The notes under the pieces were generated by a model. The model was not told the DNA's origin and made no database searches. It saw only the letters and a list, made by a program, of their open reading frames with translations. The position numbers and the translations under genes were made by a program. Shown here in pieces: positions 1-9,986 of a stretch of DNA of 64,000 bases. The stretch is from an uncultured Holophagales bacterium (GTDB lineage: Bacteria > Acidobacteriota > Thermoanaerobaculia > Multivoradales > UBA5704): NCBI GenBank assembly GCA_963844885.1, contig CAWJQA010000006.1, positions 608,366 through 672,365 on the forward strand. Reading direction: 5' to 3'. How positions within the stretch are numbered: the first letter of the stretch is position 1; every line of letters begins with the position of its first letter.

Positions 1-1140
1 AAGGAACGCAGGCTCAGGATCTCGTCGATGTCTTCCGGCTTCGGGTAGTGGTAATGGATCACCTTGTTGAGCGTGGACGGCTTGCCGTCCGAGGTGTGGT
101 ATTCACCCGGGTAGCGCAGCGGGTACCAGAGCGAGTTGGCGGCGAGGAGCGCGTCGAGGAACCGGTCGCGGTGCTCGCCCTCGGTGTATTTGTCGCCGAT
201 CAGCTCCTCCACCCGCGCGAAGAAGCGGGCCTGCGACGGATAGTGGTTTCCCACCATCTCCTTCTGGAGGGTGCGCGCGGCGCCGGCCGGCAGGGCCGGA
301 GTGGCCTCCTTGAGATAGACGATCGAGGCGTCCGTCAGGAACGCCTGGTACGACTTCGGGATGATCCATCCGCGCTCCGGATGCGCCGGCACGTACTGCG
401 GCATGATCCAGTCCCAATAGGGCATGCTGACGTCCGGGCACTGGTCCTGGAGCGCCTGCTCGAACTCGTAGAGATAGATCCGGTGCCACGGGAGGAACCG
501 CTCCCAGCCGTGCTGGCAGTGGTTCTGATGGATCAGCGCCATGTTGTTGTAGCTCCGGATGTCCTCGGGCCACTTGTTGAGCGCGTACATCTCGCGGAAC
601 GCGAAGCGGAACTTTTCGAGCTGGATTTCTGACATGCAGTCGAGGTTCGTCCGCTGCCGGATCTCGCCGTGCTCGTAGGCGTATTCGTTCGCGCCGGTGA
701 CGACCGTGTGGGTGACGCGCGCCTCATCCTCCACGTTGTCCGCGCGGATCGCTTCGAGCGCCGTGGACGCGGTTTTGACCTGGACGTTGAACGCCGCGAT
801 CTCGCGGTCGTCCGCCGGCAGGCCGTCGTCGATCCAATCGGAAATGAACCGGATGTCGTCGTCCGCCACCCGGCTGCCCCCCCAGGGGAGAGGCGGAAAG
901 CGTGAGCCGTCGAAGGGCGGCTCGCCGCGCAGCCCCTGGATGAGGCCCGAGGACTCACCGCGGCTCTTCACGGAGCCGCAGCAGGTGAGCGCCCCCTTCG
1001 CCGCGATCAGGCGGACGCCATGGATTTCCGCCTCCTTGAGGTCTTCCAGCGGCAGATCCCAGAAGCGCTCCGCCGTGCCGGCGCCGGCCGCGCGGTCGAG
1101 GATGTCCTTCACTTTTTGATATCGAGTCGTGTCTGCCATG
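1..1140 (-). CDS. tyrosinase (type-3 copper phenol oxidase); start at 1140, 3' end runs past the left window edge
   Basis: Reverse translation from ATG at 1140 gives MADTTRYQKVKDILD... The CuA-site motifs HQNHCQHGWERFLPWHRIYLYEFE and MPYWDW are typical of tyrosinases. The ORF 48..632(+) is its antisense shadow. Confidence 0.8.
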
Positions 1141-1152
1141 TCGTCTCTCTTT

Positions 1153-3288
1153 CTAATGAGAGTGGGCACTGTGCGTCATCGTGGGCGTACCCGTATCCTC
1201 CCCCACCACCTCGACGATCTCCATCATTCCCAGGTCTTCGTGATCGAGGATGTGGCAGTGCATCACGAACTGCCCGATGTAATCGGTGTACTGCGTATAG
1301 ATGTTCAGCGTCTGGCCGGCGGGGATCAGCAACGTGTCCTTCCACACAACCTCGTTGTTCCCCTCCGGATCCGTGCGCGTGGTCTGGAACGGGTTCACGT
1401 GGATGTGGAACACGTGCGGCAGCGGCGGGATGCCGTTCGCGATCACCGAAGGGTCGCCGACCGTGGTGAGGCTCCACATGTCGGTGGCGCCGAGCTTCAC
1501 GTAGCGGATGCGCGTGGGGTTGAACGCCGAGTAGTTGATCTGGAAGTAGTTTCGCGGATCGTTCGCCGGGTTCGCGGAGCTGCCGAGCTTGAACACCGCG
1601 GTCTGCACGCCGTCGGCCTGCGCCTGGAGGTTGACGCCCGGGAACGGCGCGAGCTTCGCCATCTCGGCGTCCGTGGGAAGCTTCATGTCCACGGGATCGC
1701 CTTCCACATGGATTTCGGCGAGCAGGTTTTCATCCTCGACCACGCCGCGCAGGGCCTGAACGGCGGAGGTCGGCGCATCAATCAATCGGTAGACGCCCGG
1801 CGTCAGGCTCGCCTGCACGAGAACGTCGCTGCGGTAGCCCGGCTGGAGCTGCACCGTCTGCGCGGGACCCCAGGTATCGATGCGGCCGAGATAGAGGCCG
1901 TCGAGCGCGATCTCGTGGAGCGAGTGGCCTTCCAGGTGAAGGCTGAGCGATTCACGGAAGGAGGTGTCGATCATCCGCCAGCGCTGAACCTCGCCCGGAT
2001 GCATCTTGATGATCGGCACGATCTGGCCGTTGATCGTGACGCGCCGCAGGGAATTCTGCCAGGTGCAGCCGGACTTCCCTTCCTTGCAGAGCTTTTCGGT
2101 GGCGGGGCTGTCCGGAAAGAAAGCCGTGATGTCGTCGGCGCGGCCGTTGGCGTCGTAGAGGATAGTCTGGAAAACCATGACCTTTTCGTGCTCGTTGGCC
2201 TTGCGCAGCGACTCGGGGATCTCCTCGGGATCGTCTTCGATGATCAGCGCGCCGGACATGCCGCTGCCGACCTGGATCGCGGTCGAGCCGTGGGTGTGCG
2301 CGTGGTACCAGAAGGTGCCCGGCGGATGATTGGCCGGCACGTGGATCTCGTACGGGAAGCTCGTCTGCGGCGGGATCGCGAGCAGCACGTTGTCGCTGTT
2401 GCCCGTGGGTGAAACGTGGAGCCCGTGGGTGTGGAGATTCGTGGTGTTGAAGCTGTGCGGCATCGTGTCGATGAAGGCGTTGGTGGCCTCCTGCTTGACC
2501 TGAGATGCGGCCTCGTCCGGCGTCTCGAGGGGCAGCGCGTTTTGGAGCGTCGGCGCCAGGGTGTCGCCCGGCTTGATGCGCAGCGTCGGTCCCACGAGCT
2601 GGCCGTTGTAGGAGCGCAGTGTCACCGGACAGCCGCCGAGCGAGGTGGCCTTCGGATCGGTGTATTGGACCGCAAGGGTGGTTTCGAGCCGGCCCTCGTG
2701 AGAACGCTTGTCCGGCGGGTTTTGGAAATCCTGGCGCCCGTACTTGTCGATGTCGATCGCCGCGAACGGGCAGGGGCCTTTCGGAGGCGGTGGCTGCTGG
2801 GCGCGCAGACCGGTCGCGCCGGCGAGCGCCAGGGCGAGCAGAAGCGCGGTGGTCCGCCATCGATTGGATCGTGTCATGTGGTTCTCTCCTGAATGGTCAA
2901 CTCCGCATGAGTGGCCGGCGACGGGCCGCGCGGCCCACACCGCGGCGCCGAGGAGCGCCGCCATGCCGAGATAGATGAAAGGTTTCTGATGCAACCAGAA
3001 CCGGCCGGCAGCGATCGCCCCCGCGCCGAGGAGCGCCACCGCCGCCGGTCCGGCCATCAGCCGGCTGTGACGGCAGCGGCCCTGGAAAGCGATGGCGCCG
3101 ACCGTGAGCGCGAGCGACGCCACCGTCACCGGCGCCAGCCAGGCGCCATAGAGCCCGAAGGCGGACCAGGAGAGGCTCGCCGATCCCACCAGACCCGCAT
3201 AGGCGAGCAGGCAGGCGGGGCATTTGGGCGCCACCGCCAGGACGAGCGACGAAATGAGGAGCGCGCGGCTCCGGGCCTCTCCAGCCAT
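1153..3288 (-). CDS. multicopper oxidase (laccase-like, 3-domain); possible internal start at 2880 preceded by a 136-aa 4-TM extension
   Basis: Copper-ligand motifs HTHGLHV, WYHAHTHG and HCHILDHEDLGMM. The signal-like peptide MTRSNRWRTTALLLALALAGATGLRAQQ begins at 2880. The upstream in-frame 136 aa are strongly hydrophobic and carry a CPAC motif. It sits immediately upstream of the tyrosinase on the same strand. Confidence 0.85.
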   Translation of the reverse strand: MAGEARSRALLISSLVLAVAPKCPACLLAYAGLVGSASLSWSAFGLYGAWLAPVTVASLALTVGAIAFQGRCRHSRLMAGPAAVALLGAGAIAAGRFWLHQKPFIYLGMAALLGAAVWAARPVAGHSCGVDHSGENHMTRSNRWRTTALLLALALAGATGLRAQQPPPPKGPCPFAAIDIDKYGRQDFQNPPDKRSHEGRLETTLAVQYTDPKATSLGGCPVTLRSYNGQLVGPTLRIKPGDTLAPTLQNALPLETPDEAASQVKQEATNAFIDTMPHSFNTTNLHTHGLHVSPTGNSDNVLLAIPPQTSFPYEIHVPANHPPGTFWYHAHTHGSTAIQVGSGMSGALIIEDDPEEIPESLRKANEHEKVMVFQTILYDANGRADDITAFFPDSPATEKLCKEGKSGCTWQNSLRRVTINGQIVPIIKMHPGEVQRWRMIDTSFRESLSLHLEGHSLHEIALDGLYLGRIDTWGPAQTVQLQPGYRSDVLVQASLTPGVYRLIDAPTSAVQALRGVVEDENLLAEIHVEGDPVDMKLPTDAEMAKLAPFPGVNLQAQADGVQTAVFKLGSSANPANDPRNYFQINYSAFNPTRIRYVKLGATDMWSLTTVGDPSVIANGIPPLPHVFHIHVNPFQTTRTDPEGNNEVVWKDTLLIPAGQTLNIYTQYTDYIGQFVMHCHILDHEDLGMMEIVEVVGEDTGTPTMTHSAHSH

Positions 3289-3478
3289 TCTTCTCCTCCA
3301 TGACTACGGCTGCATGGCTCCGAAAGAGCAACCGCCGTGCCACGCGGGAACACCGCCGAAGCACGGGAGAAAGAACGGTTTTTCGAGAGAGGCGCGCCCG
3401 CGGCGGCGCGTCATCCGGTCATGTCGAACTGTGTCGCCTGATGTCGGGCCACGCCGGACTATGGTCCGGTTGTGTCGG

Positions 3479-3973
3479 TTACCCGGTCGCGAGCGTGGCC
3501 AGCAGGCCTGGGAGGTCGAGCGGCCGGGTATACATGGCGAGCTCGCCGTCATCCGTGCGCGGCCAGTCTTCCCGGGGGCGGTCCCAGTAGAGCTCGACGC
3601 CGTTGTCGTCCGGATCCCGCAGATACAGGGCTTCGCTGACGCCGTGATCGGCGGCGCCTTCGAGCTGGATGCCCGCGGTGGCGACGCGCCGCAGGGCGTC
3701 GGCCAGCGAGCGCCGGTCGGGGTAGCGGATCGCGAGATGATAAAGGCCGGTAGTGCCCGGACCGGGCGGCGGGCCGCCCTGGCTCTCCCAGGTGTTGAGG
3801 CCGATGTGGTGATGGTAGCCGCCGGCACTCAGAAACGCGGCGGATCTGCCCATCCGCTGGGTCAACTCGAAGCCGAGGACGTCCCGGTAGAAACGGAGAG
3901 CGCGCTCGATGTCCGCCACCTTGAGGTGGACGTGGCCGATGTCGACGCCGGGAGAGATCCCCGTAGTCCCCAC
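3479..3973 (-). CDS. VOC/glyoxalase-bleomycin resistance-dioxygenase superfamily protein
   Basis: 164-aa ORF with VOC-fold motifs (HVHLKVADIERALRFYRDVLGFEL ... ELYWDRP). Confidence 0.75.
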   Translation of the reverse strand: MGTTGISPGVDIGHVHLKVADIERALRFYRDVLGFELTQRMGRSAAFLSAGGYHHHIGLNTWESQGGPPPGPGTTGLYHLAIRYPDRRSLADALRRVATAGIQLEGAADHGVSEALYLRDPDDNGVELYWDRPREDWPRTDDGELAMYTRPLDLPGLLATLATG

Positions 3974-3980
3974 CGCCGCC

Positions 3981-4211
3981 TCACCACGATTCCCGGGCCG
4001 AGACGGGAGGGTTCTCCGGGTGCTCTTCCGACTCGATGGACCGCAGCAGCAGCGCCGGGCTCTCCTTCACCTCCAGCACGGCGCCCGAGCCGAACCGGAT
4101 CTCGCTCCCTTCTTGCGGCTGGTGCGGGACCCGGTTGAGAATCGCCGCGATCTGCGAGGTCTGAAGGTTCACGTTCCTGTCGTCGAGCATCGTCGCCGTG
4201 ATCCATGCCAT
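3981..4211 (-). CDS. hypothetical small protein
   Basis: 76-aa ORF between the VOC and M20 genes with no recognisable motif. Confidence 0.25.
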   Translation of the reverse strand: MAWITATMLDDRNVNLQTSQIAAILNRVPHQPQEGSEIRFGSGAVLEVKESPALLLRSIESEEHPENPPVSARESW

Positions 4212-4269
4212 GCTTCGAGAGTATCACGGGATCGCTTCAGGGGCTCCCGGCATTATAGGATGACGGTCC

Positions 4270-5754
4270 ATGAAGAAGATCCTCCTCACCGTCCTCGGCC
4301 TCGCCGTCCTCCTCCTGGCCGTGCTGGTCGGCCGCGCCTCGATGCTCGACTCCCGGCAGGTGAAGGCTGAGCCGGTGACCGACCTCAGTGTCGATGCCAA
4401 CGCGGTGGCTCAGCGGCTCGCCGGCGCCGTCCGCTTCCCCACCGTCTCCCATGAAAAGGGGGAAAACGTGGAGGCGCAGGCGTTCCTCGGGCTGCACGAG
4501 TACCTGCGGACGAGCTTCCCGCTGGTCCATCAGACCCTCCAGCGCGAGACGGTCGCGAACTACAGCCTTCTCTATACCTGGCCGGGGCGCAATCCGGAAC
4601 AGCCGCCGATCCTTCTCCTGTCCCACATGGACGTGGTGCCCGTCGAGCCCGGCACGGAAGGCAAATGGTCGCACCAGGCCTTCTCCGGCGACATCGCGGA
4701 CGGCTTCATCTGGGGCCGCGGCACCCTCGACGACAAGGTTTCGGTGATGGCGGTGCTCGAAAGCATCGAGCTGCTGCTTGCGCGCGGCTTCCAGCCGGAG
4801 CGGACGGTACTGCTCGCCTTCGGGCACGACGAGGAGGTCGGAGGCAATCAGGGTGCGGCGGCCATCGCGCGCCTGCTCGAAAGCCGCGGCGTGCATCCCG
4901 AGCTGATCATGGACGAAGGCGGCATCATCGCCGACGGCATGGTGCCCGGCATAAAGACGCCCGTGGCCCTGATCAGCACCGCCGAGAAAGGTTTCGTCAC
5001 GGTCGAGCTGACGGCGCGCTCCAAGGGTGGCCACTCGTCCATGCCGCCGGCCCACACCACCATCGGGATGGTGGCCGCCGCCGTGCAGAAACTCGAAGAG
5101 AACCAGATGCCGGCCCGCATCGACGGCGCGACGCGCCACTCTTTCGAATTCCTCGCGCCGGAGCTGCCACTCACCTTGCGCACCGTGATGGGCAACCTCT
5201 GGTTTTTCGGACCGCTTCTGAAAAGCAAGCTCACCGTGGAGCCGGCCTCCAACGCGCGCCTGCGCACCACCACGGCGGCGACGATCATCCGCGGAGGAGT
5301 CAAGGAAAACGTGCTGCCGAGCGAAGCGACGGCTTGGGTGAACTTCCGCATCCTGCCCGGAGACTCGGTCGCGTCGGTGCTGGAGCATGTGAAGGAGACG
5401 GTCGGCCCGGACATCGAAATGTCCGTTTCGGGTCCGATCCGGAACGAACCCTCGCCCGAAACCCCCGCGGACGGCGCCGGCTTCCGACTCCTCCAGACGA
5501 CGCTCTCCCAGGTCTTCCCCGGCATGCTCGCCGCGCCCAATCTCCTTTCCGGCGGGACGGACACGAAGCACTACCAGAAGCTGACGAGCAATGTTTTCCG
5601 CTTCATCCCGGTGAAAATCCAGGCCGAGGATCTGGAGCGCGTCCACGGCACCAACGAAAGGGTCGGAGTCGAAACCTACGCCGGAGCCGTGCGTTTCTAC
5701 GCCCAGTTCGTGAGGAACGCCGCGGGCGGGCCGGAAGGCGGGGGAAAGTTGTGA
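4270..5754 (+). CDS. M20 family metallopeptidase (carboxypeptidase/dipeptidase-like), secreted
   Basis: N-terminal signal/TM segment. M20 motifs LLSHMDVVPV, GRGTLDDK and FGHDEEVGG. 494-aa ORF. Confidence 0.9.
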   Translation: MKKILLTVLGLAVLLLAVLVGRASMLDSRQVKAEPVTDLSVDANAVAQRLAGAVRFPTVSHEKGENVEAQAFLGLHEYLRTSFPLVHQTLQRETVANYSLLYTWPGRNPEQPPILLLSHMDVVPVEPGTEGKWSHQAFSGDIADGFIWGRGTLDDKVSVMAVLESIELLLARGFQPERTVLLAFGHDEEVGGNQGAAAIARLLESRGVHPELIMDEGGIIADGMVPGIKTPVALISTAEKGFVTVELTARSKGGHSSMPPAHTTIGMVAAAVQKLEENQMPARIDGATRHSFEFLAPELPLTLRTVMGNLWFFGPLLKSKLTVEPASNARLRTTTAATIIRGGVKENVLPSEATAWVNFRILPGDSVASVLEHVKETVGPDIEMSVSGPIRNEPSPETPADGAGFRLLQTTLSQVFPGMLAAPNLLSGGTDTKHYQKLTSNVFRFIPVKIQAEDLERVHGTNERVGVETYAGAVRFYAQFVRNAAGGPEGGGKL

Positions 5755-6614
5755 ACGGCACGGAATTGGGGATGCCGCTCGCCTTCGATCCCGAGCGCGC
5801 CGACTTCACCGGAATCGCGAACCCACCCGATCCAGTCGGGGTCCACGTAGGACTCCGTCCCAACCACACCCAGAGGGATCGTGTTGACGTCGAAGTCGGA
5901 GCCGAGGGGCTTGCCCGCTGGCGAGAACCGCCGTGCCCGCAAAACCGCAGTCGGGGTGGGACCCGGCACTTCTCCGAGCCAGACGGCCAGGAAACCGCCA
6001 TCGGCGACAGCCAGGACGATCGGTTTTGAGCGGTCGATGGGCCGGCTGTTCAAACGCACCTCTGGCCCGATCCGCTGACCCGAGGACGAAAGGCGCCGGG
6101 CCACGATGCCATGCTTGCGGGGCAGCGCCCAGCCGGCCATGAACCCGTTGCCCCGGACAAGCCAGACCCATTCGGTGCCGGCCCCGCCCAGTCGAACCGG
6201 CTGGCCGTCAGGCGCGCCCTGCAGAGTCAGGTGCTGCCGATAGAAGGCCGTCGGCTTTCCACTGGGCGGCTCGTGCCAGAGCACGTCGAAACCCTTCAGC
6301 GCGGCCGTGACGGAGTCGATCGACGGATAGTGGTCCTCAAATCCGATCGTGGCCGGCCCTGCATCCTCGGGCGTGTCTCCGGCGGCGACGTAGCGATAAA
6401 AGACTCCTGCATGAGAATCGTACCCCTCGCCCCACGCGACCATGTAGGCACCGCCGGGCTGCACGGCCAGGAAGGGTTCCCTGGGGAACGTGGCGGCGCG
6501 CAGATCGACCTCCGGACCCAGCGGCACCAGTTGAGCTACAAGGCCGCGAGGGCCTGCGATGCCGATCCACGCTACGCTGACGAAAAAGCAGAGGGCGAGC
6601 CGTGTCCTGTTCAT
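5697..6614 (-). CDS. hypothetical secreted protein
   Basis: 305-aa ORF with an N-terminal signal peptide (MNRTRLALCFFVSVAWIGIAG). Its 3' end is convergent with the M20 gene and overlaps it. Confidence 0.5.
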   Translation of the reverse strand: MNRTRLALCFFVSVAWIGIAGPRGLVAQLVPLGPEVDLRAATFPREPFLAVQPGGAYMVAWGEGYDSHAGVFYRYVAAGDTPEDAGPATIGFEDHYPSIDSVTAALKGFDVLWHEPPSGKPTAFYRQHLTLQGAPDGQPVRLGGAGTEWVWLVRGNGFMAGWALPRKHGIVARRLSSSGQRIGPEVRLNSRPIDRSKPIVLAVADGGFLAVWLGEVPGPTPTAVLRARRFSPAGKPLGSDFDVNTIPLGVVGTESYVDPDWIGWVRDSGEVGALGIEGERHPQFRAVHNFPPPSGPPAAFLTNWA

Positions 6615-7085
6615 GAAGTAATTATACGCCCGGCGAAGGGGTCATCTGCTAGGCTTGGGCTCCGACATCGCTCCGGAGGCCGTCCACGAGTTGGGCCTGA
6701 GCGAGGTGGCGCGGATCACCGCGGAGATGACCAGACTGGCGCAGGCGCAGGGCTACAAGAACCTCGCCGCCTTTCGCGCCGCGATCAACAGCGAAGTTCC
6801 CAGACGGGCTTTCCTCCCAGCCTGCCTCGTGAGGGTAGGGTTCGCCCCAGCCGGCTAGGTCGCGCCGCGCTCAGTGGCAATCAACCTCTTCCAACATCTA
6901 CGGATTTCAGGAGGCGTTGCCCGGAGACGAGGTTCCCACGGAAGGTTGTGTTTCCTGCAGCTCGCGCGGCCTCCGGATTGCGCTGAAGGCTCCTGAATCC
7001 ACAGATTCGCCCCTTTCAGAAGTCTTCCCGCTCTACCAACCTCCCCTCCGCAGCTCAACTCTCCAGACGCTGACATAGTGCTGTG

Positions 7086-7565
7086 TCATTTTCTGGGCTT
7101 GCCAGCAGGTCGGAGCGCGGCCTTAACAAAAGTGCTAAGTACTCCTCCGAACCCTTTCAAATCAGCCCTTTCATTAGCTGGCATTACGACCAAAGCGAGA
7201 AGGTAGGCTCCTAGTAAGGCGGCAGCGATTACGAAAGGAAGAACCCACGCCGTGACGTTAGAAGACGCAACCGCCAGAGCTGTGAGCGTTACGACTAAGC
7301 CGACGAGGATCATCGCGGCTCTAGCGATCCCGTGCCAGAAGACATTAGGCGGCGGGAGTAGCGCCGCCCTTCGGCCGGCTGGGCTACTAGGGCCGTCTGG
7401 GCTAGCTGCCGATACCGAGTAACCCCGATCGTCGATAGCGACATCGGCGCTCGCCTCTTGATGCAAGTCACCCTGACGCACGTGAAGATTCGAGTCACCC
7501 GTCGTTGTTAGTTTGAGTTGAATGTGCGATTTGTCATAGCCGCTACCGAGGTCGACCTTCGTCAC
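7086..7565 (-). CDS. hypothetical membrane protein (lower-GC island)
   Basis: 159-aa ORF with two C-terminal TM helices. Codon usage is visibly AT-richer than in its neighbours. Confidence 0.45.
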   Translation of the reverse strand: MTKVDLGSGYDKSHIQLKLTTTGDSNLHVRQGDLHQEASADVAIDDRGYSVSAASPDGPSSPAGRRAALLPPPNVFWHGIARAAMILVGLVVTLTALAVASSNVTAWVLPFVIAAALLGAYLLALVVMPANERADLKGFGGVLSTFVKAALRPAGKPRK

Positions 7566-7584
7566 TTGCTCTCCTCCTTAGTCC

Positions 7585-8535
7585 TCAAGGAATTGCAAAA
7601 GGGTGAGCTTCGACTGGGTGTTCGATGTGCTCATGTTTGAACTCTTCGTTCGGGTATTCCAGTTTTTCTCGCACGCGAATGTAATCCGGGTCGTATCGAT
7701 GCTCGTAGCGCCTTGTGTCGTTGACATATTTGACGAGGGCCCTTTCGTACGCGGCTATTTGGCTTGCATGGACTCGGACGTCGAGGTCGATGATATTGGT
7801 CGTTGACCGACTTTCGTGAAACCGAGATGGTGCATGGATGGCCTGCACTTGGCCGACTATGTAGATCTCGCGAATCGGAAGGGGAGGGCGGAAGGCAGCC
7901 TCCACCATCTGGGAAGTCGCGGGAGGCAGCGACTGATCACTATTTAGGACTTCGAATCCTGGGGGTGGACGCGGGAGGCCACCCTTCCCGGCCTGCTTCA
8001 AGAGTGCTTGGCGGAGATCGCCGTCCGCGAACAGAAGAACACTGGCCCATTGGTCCTGCTGCTCAAGGGCGGCCACAGTGACTGTGACCGCACCCACTAG
8101 GACGGTGGGCCTGACACCGTCGACTACTGCGCCTCTGGCTGCCGCCTCGCTTTTTTCCTTCGGAATCTTTTCCGCATCAGAAACGGTGATGATTCGGATG
8201 AGCTCATCTTTGATTGTCAGGACTGTGTGGGCGTCCGGAGTTGTACCATCATGGACCTGGAACTCAGCGTAGTACGGCTGAGGTCGGGTCGGGAGGGTCG
8301 GGGGAATCAGGTCTGAAGAGAGATCCGTGGACGTGCTGCTGGTCGTGGTCTCGAAGCCATGGAAAAATCCGTACAAGGCCAACGACCCAAGGAACAGTAG
8401 TGGGGCCCCCAGAGCCACCAGAGGTAGGATGCACCCGAGCACCCAATCAGTAAGGCTCCAATCCTTCTGTGACGGCTTTGTCGTGAACTGGGTCTCGCCG
8501 CGTTGCGGACCACGGGGATGGCGATCCTGGGCCAT
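7585..8535 (-). CDS. hypothetical membrane-anchored protein (lower-GC island)
   Basis: 316 aa with an N-terminal TM helix, an S/T-rich linker and a C-terminal globular region. It is tightly linked to 7086..7565. Confidence 0.5.
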   Translation of the reverse strand: MAQDRHPRGPQRGETQFTTKPSQKDWSLTDWVLGCILPLVALGAPLLFLGSLALYGFFHGFETTTSSTSTDLSSDLIPPTLPTRPQPYYAEFQVHDGTTPDAHTVLTIKDELIRIITVSDAEKIPKEKSEAAARGAVVDGVRPTVLVGAVTVTVAALEQQDQWASVLLFADGDLRQALLKQAGKGGLPRPPPGFEVLNSDQSLPPATSQMVEAAFRPPLPIREIYIVGQVQAIHAPSRFHESRSTTNIIDLDVRVHASQIAAYERALVKYVNDTRRYEHRYDPDYIRVREKLEYPNEEFKHEHIEHPVEAHPFAIP

Positions 8536-8881
8536 AGGAGCCTCCGAATGAGCTGGGGCGGATTATACTACTTAGACGTGCGTGTCTGCGTTTTTCCCCT
8601 GCGGGTGCTAACGTCGGAGGGTGCGCCTCGGGGCCCCGAGGTGTGCGCTTTGTGCCCGAAGGAGGCGCCCTGGTGGAGGTCACGGTCAGGACGAGGCAGT
8701 CTCGCCTCCTCCTGCGACCCGGGCACTGCCTTGAACGAGATCGTGATCGGACCTACGCTGGTAGACGAAATCGAAGCCGACGCCAGAGCGGGATCATTTC
8801 CGCCTGGCCTGCCGTTCGTCCGAGCCTGGCACCTTCTGAGTGGAAGATCACGCAGGTGATCAGCTTCGACTACGTGTCCCA

Positions 8882-9430
8882 CTAGGCCGGCGCCGGGCTG
8901 CGTTGCTCCTGGCGAGGACGCGGCCCCTTCGCATAGAGCGCCTCGTAATACGAGCGCCCCTCGCGGACGAGATGGATGCGCTGATCCCGTTGCAGGCGGC
9001 GGAGAGCGGACGAGACGTTGCGCACGTCGGCGGCCTTGCCCAACCGGGCCCGGAAGCGCCGGTTGATCTCCGCAGTGATGGCCGTGGGACCGAACGGCTC
9101 GCCGTCCGGCCGGCTCGCCAGGATCCGGGCGATCAGATCGCCGACCCTGGAGTTGGGACCGATGTCCGGGTCGTCCACCACGGTGGAAGAGGCAGGAGCC
9201 GCGGGCACCGTCTCGGGCGCGGCAGGCTTGACCAGCTCCGCGGCGGGGACGGCTACCGTCTTGAGCGCTTCGAGATGCTGCGCCGTCGTCTCCAACTCAG
9301 CCGCGAGGATGGTGCGCTGCTCGCGATGATGCTCCTCCTCCCGGACATGGCTGGCGACCTGCTCGCGGAGGAAGGCGACCCGCCGCTCCAGGTTGTCGAG
9401 AATCTCGGCCAGCGAAAGCTTCAAGCTCAC
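8882..9430 (-). CDS. hypothetical coiled-coil protein with C-terminal winged-helix-like segment (ORF track 8882..9562; probable GTG start near 9430)
   Basis: The coiled-coil-like region reads LAEILDNLERRVAFLREQV...LEALK. The C-terminal segment reads ARLGKAADVRNVSSALRRLQRDQRIHLVREGRSYYEALY. The first 45 aa of the long ORF are translation of the tandem repeat array and are probably not coding. Confidence 0.4.
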   Translation of the reverse strand: MSLKLSLAEILDNLERRVAFLREQVASHVREEEHHREQRTILAAELETTAQHLEALKTVAVPAAELVKPAAPETVPAAPASSTVVDDPDIGPNSRVGDLIARILASRPDGEPFGPTAITAEINRRFRARLGKAADVRNVSSALRRLQRDQRIHLVREGRSYYEALYAKGPRPRQEQRSPAPA

Positions 9431-9486
9431 GACACGACTCTCCTTTCGCGACGCAGACTTGCCACGCCCAGCGCATTGGAAGTCCA

Positions 9487-9915
9487 ATCTGCGATGTCGC
9501 CAGTCCAACCCGCGGCATTGTATGGACACTTCGCAGCGCTGTACACAGACTCTGCGACGCATTGCAGAGTCTCCGCACTGCCGCGAAGATACTCTGCGGC
9601 GCTGCCAGCAGGCTCTGCGGCGTTATACAGAGAATATGCCGTGTTGTCAAGATGACCTGAGACGCCGCACGCCGCCATCGCGACGCCGTACAGGATCTTT
9701 GCGGCGTTGAGTGGGTACTCTGCAATGCTTTATCCGTAATCTGCAACGTCGCTCACAGTCTCCGCGACGCCGAAAGGAGACTCTGCGGCGCCGGATGGAG
9801 GCTCCGCGATGCCGGATGGAAACTCCGCGGCGTTGCATGGAGAGTCTGCAGCGCTGCACGGATACTCTGCGGCATTGAATACGTACATTGCGCCGCCGGA
9901 GCGGTACTCTGCGGC
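9487..9915. repeat. tandem array of ~20 degenerate 21-bp direct repeats (consensus approx. ACTCTGCGGCGNTGNNNNGNG)
   Basis: Units can be read directly at about 9487, 9508, 9529, 9541, 9561, 9582, 9604, 9685, 9707, 9729, 9750, 9771, 9793, 9814, 9835, 9855, 9877 and 9897. The array lies between the divergent genes 8882..9430(-) and 9987..11246(+). All six frames show 7-aa pseudo-repeats with stops. Confidence 0.75.
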
Positions 9916-9986
9916 GTCGTCTCAAGGGTTGTCCGCAGATCCAGGCTGCTATACTGATTTCGGGACCACACGAACACCATGCAGCC

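Noticed and set aside
6655-6858. 67-aa ORF with a stretch (EVARITAEMTRLAQAQGYKNLAAFRAAIN) vaguely resembling the C-terminus of the DUF885-like protein
   Set aside because: Similarity is too weak to call a pseudogene fragment by eye. It was left unannotated.
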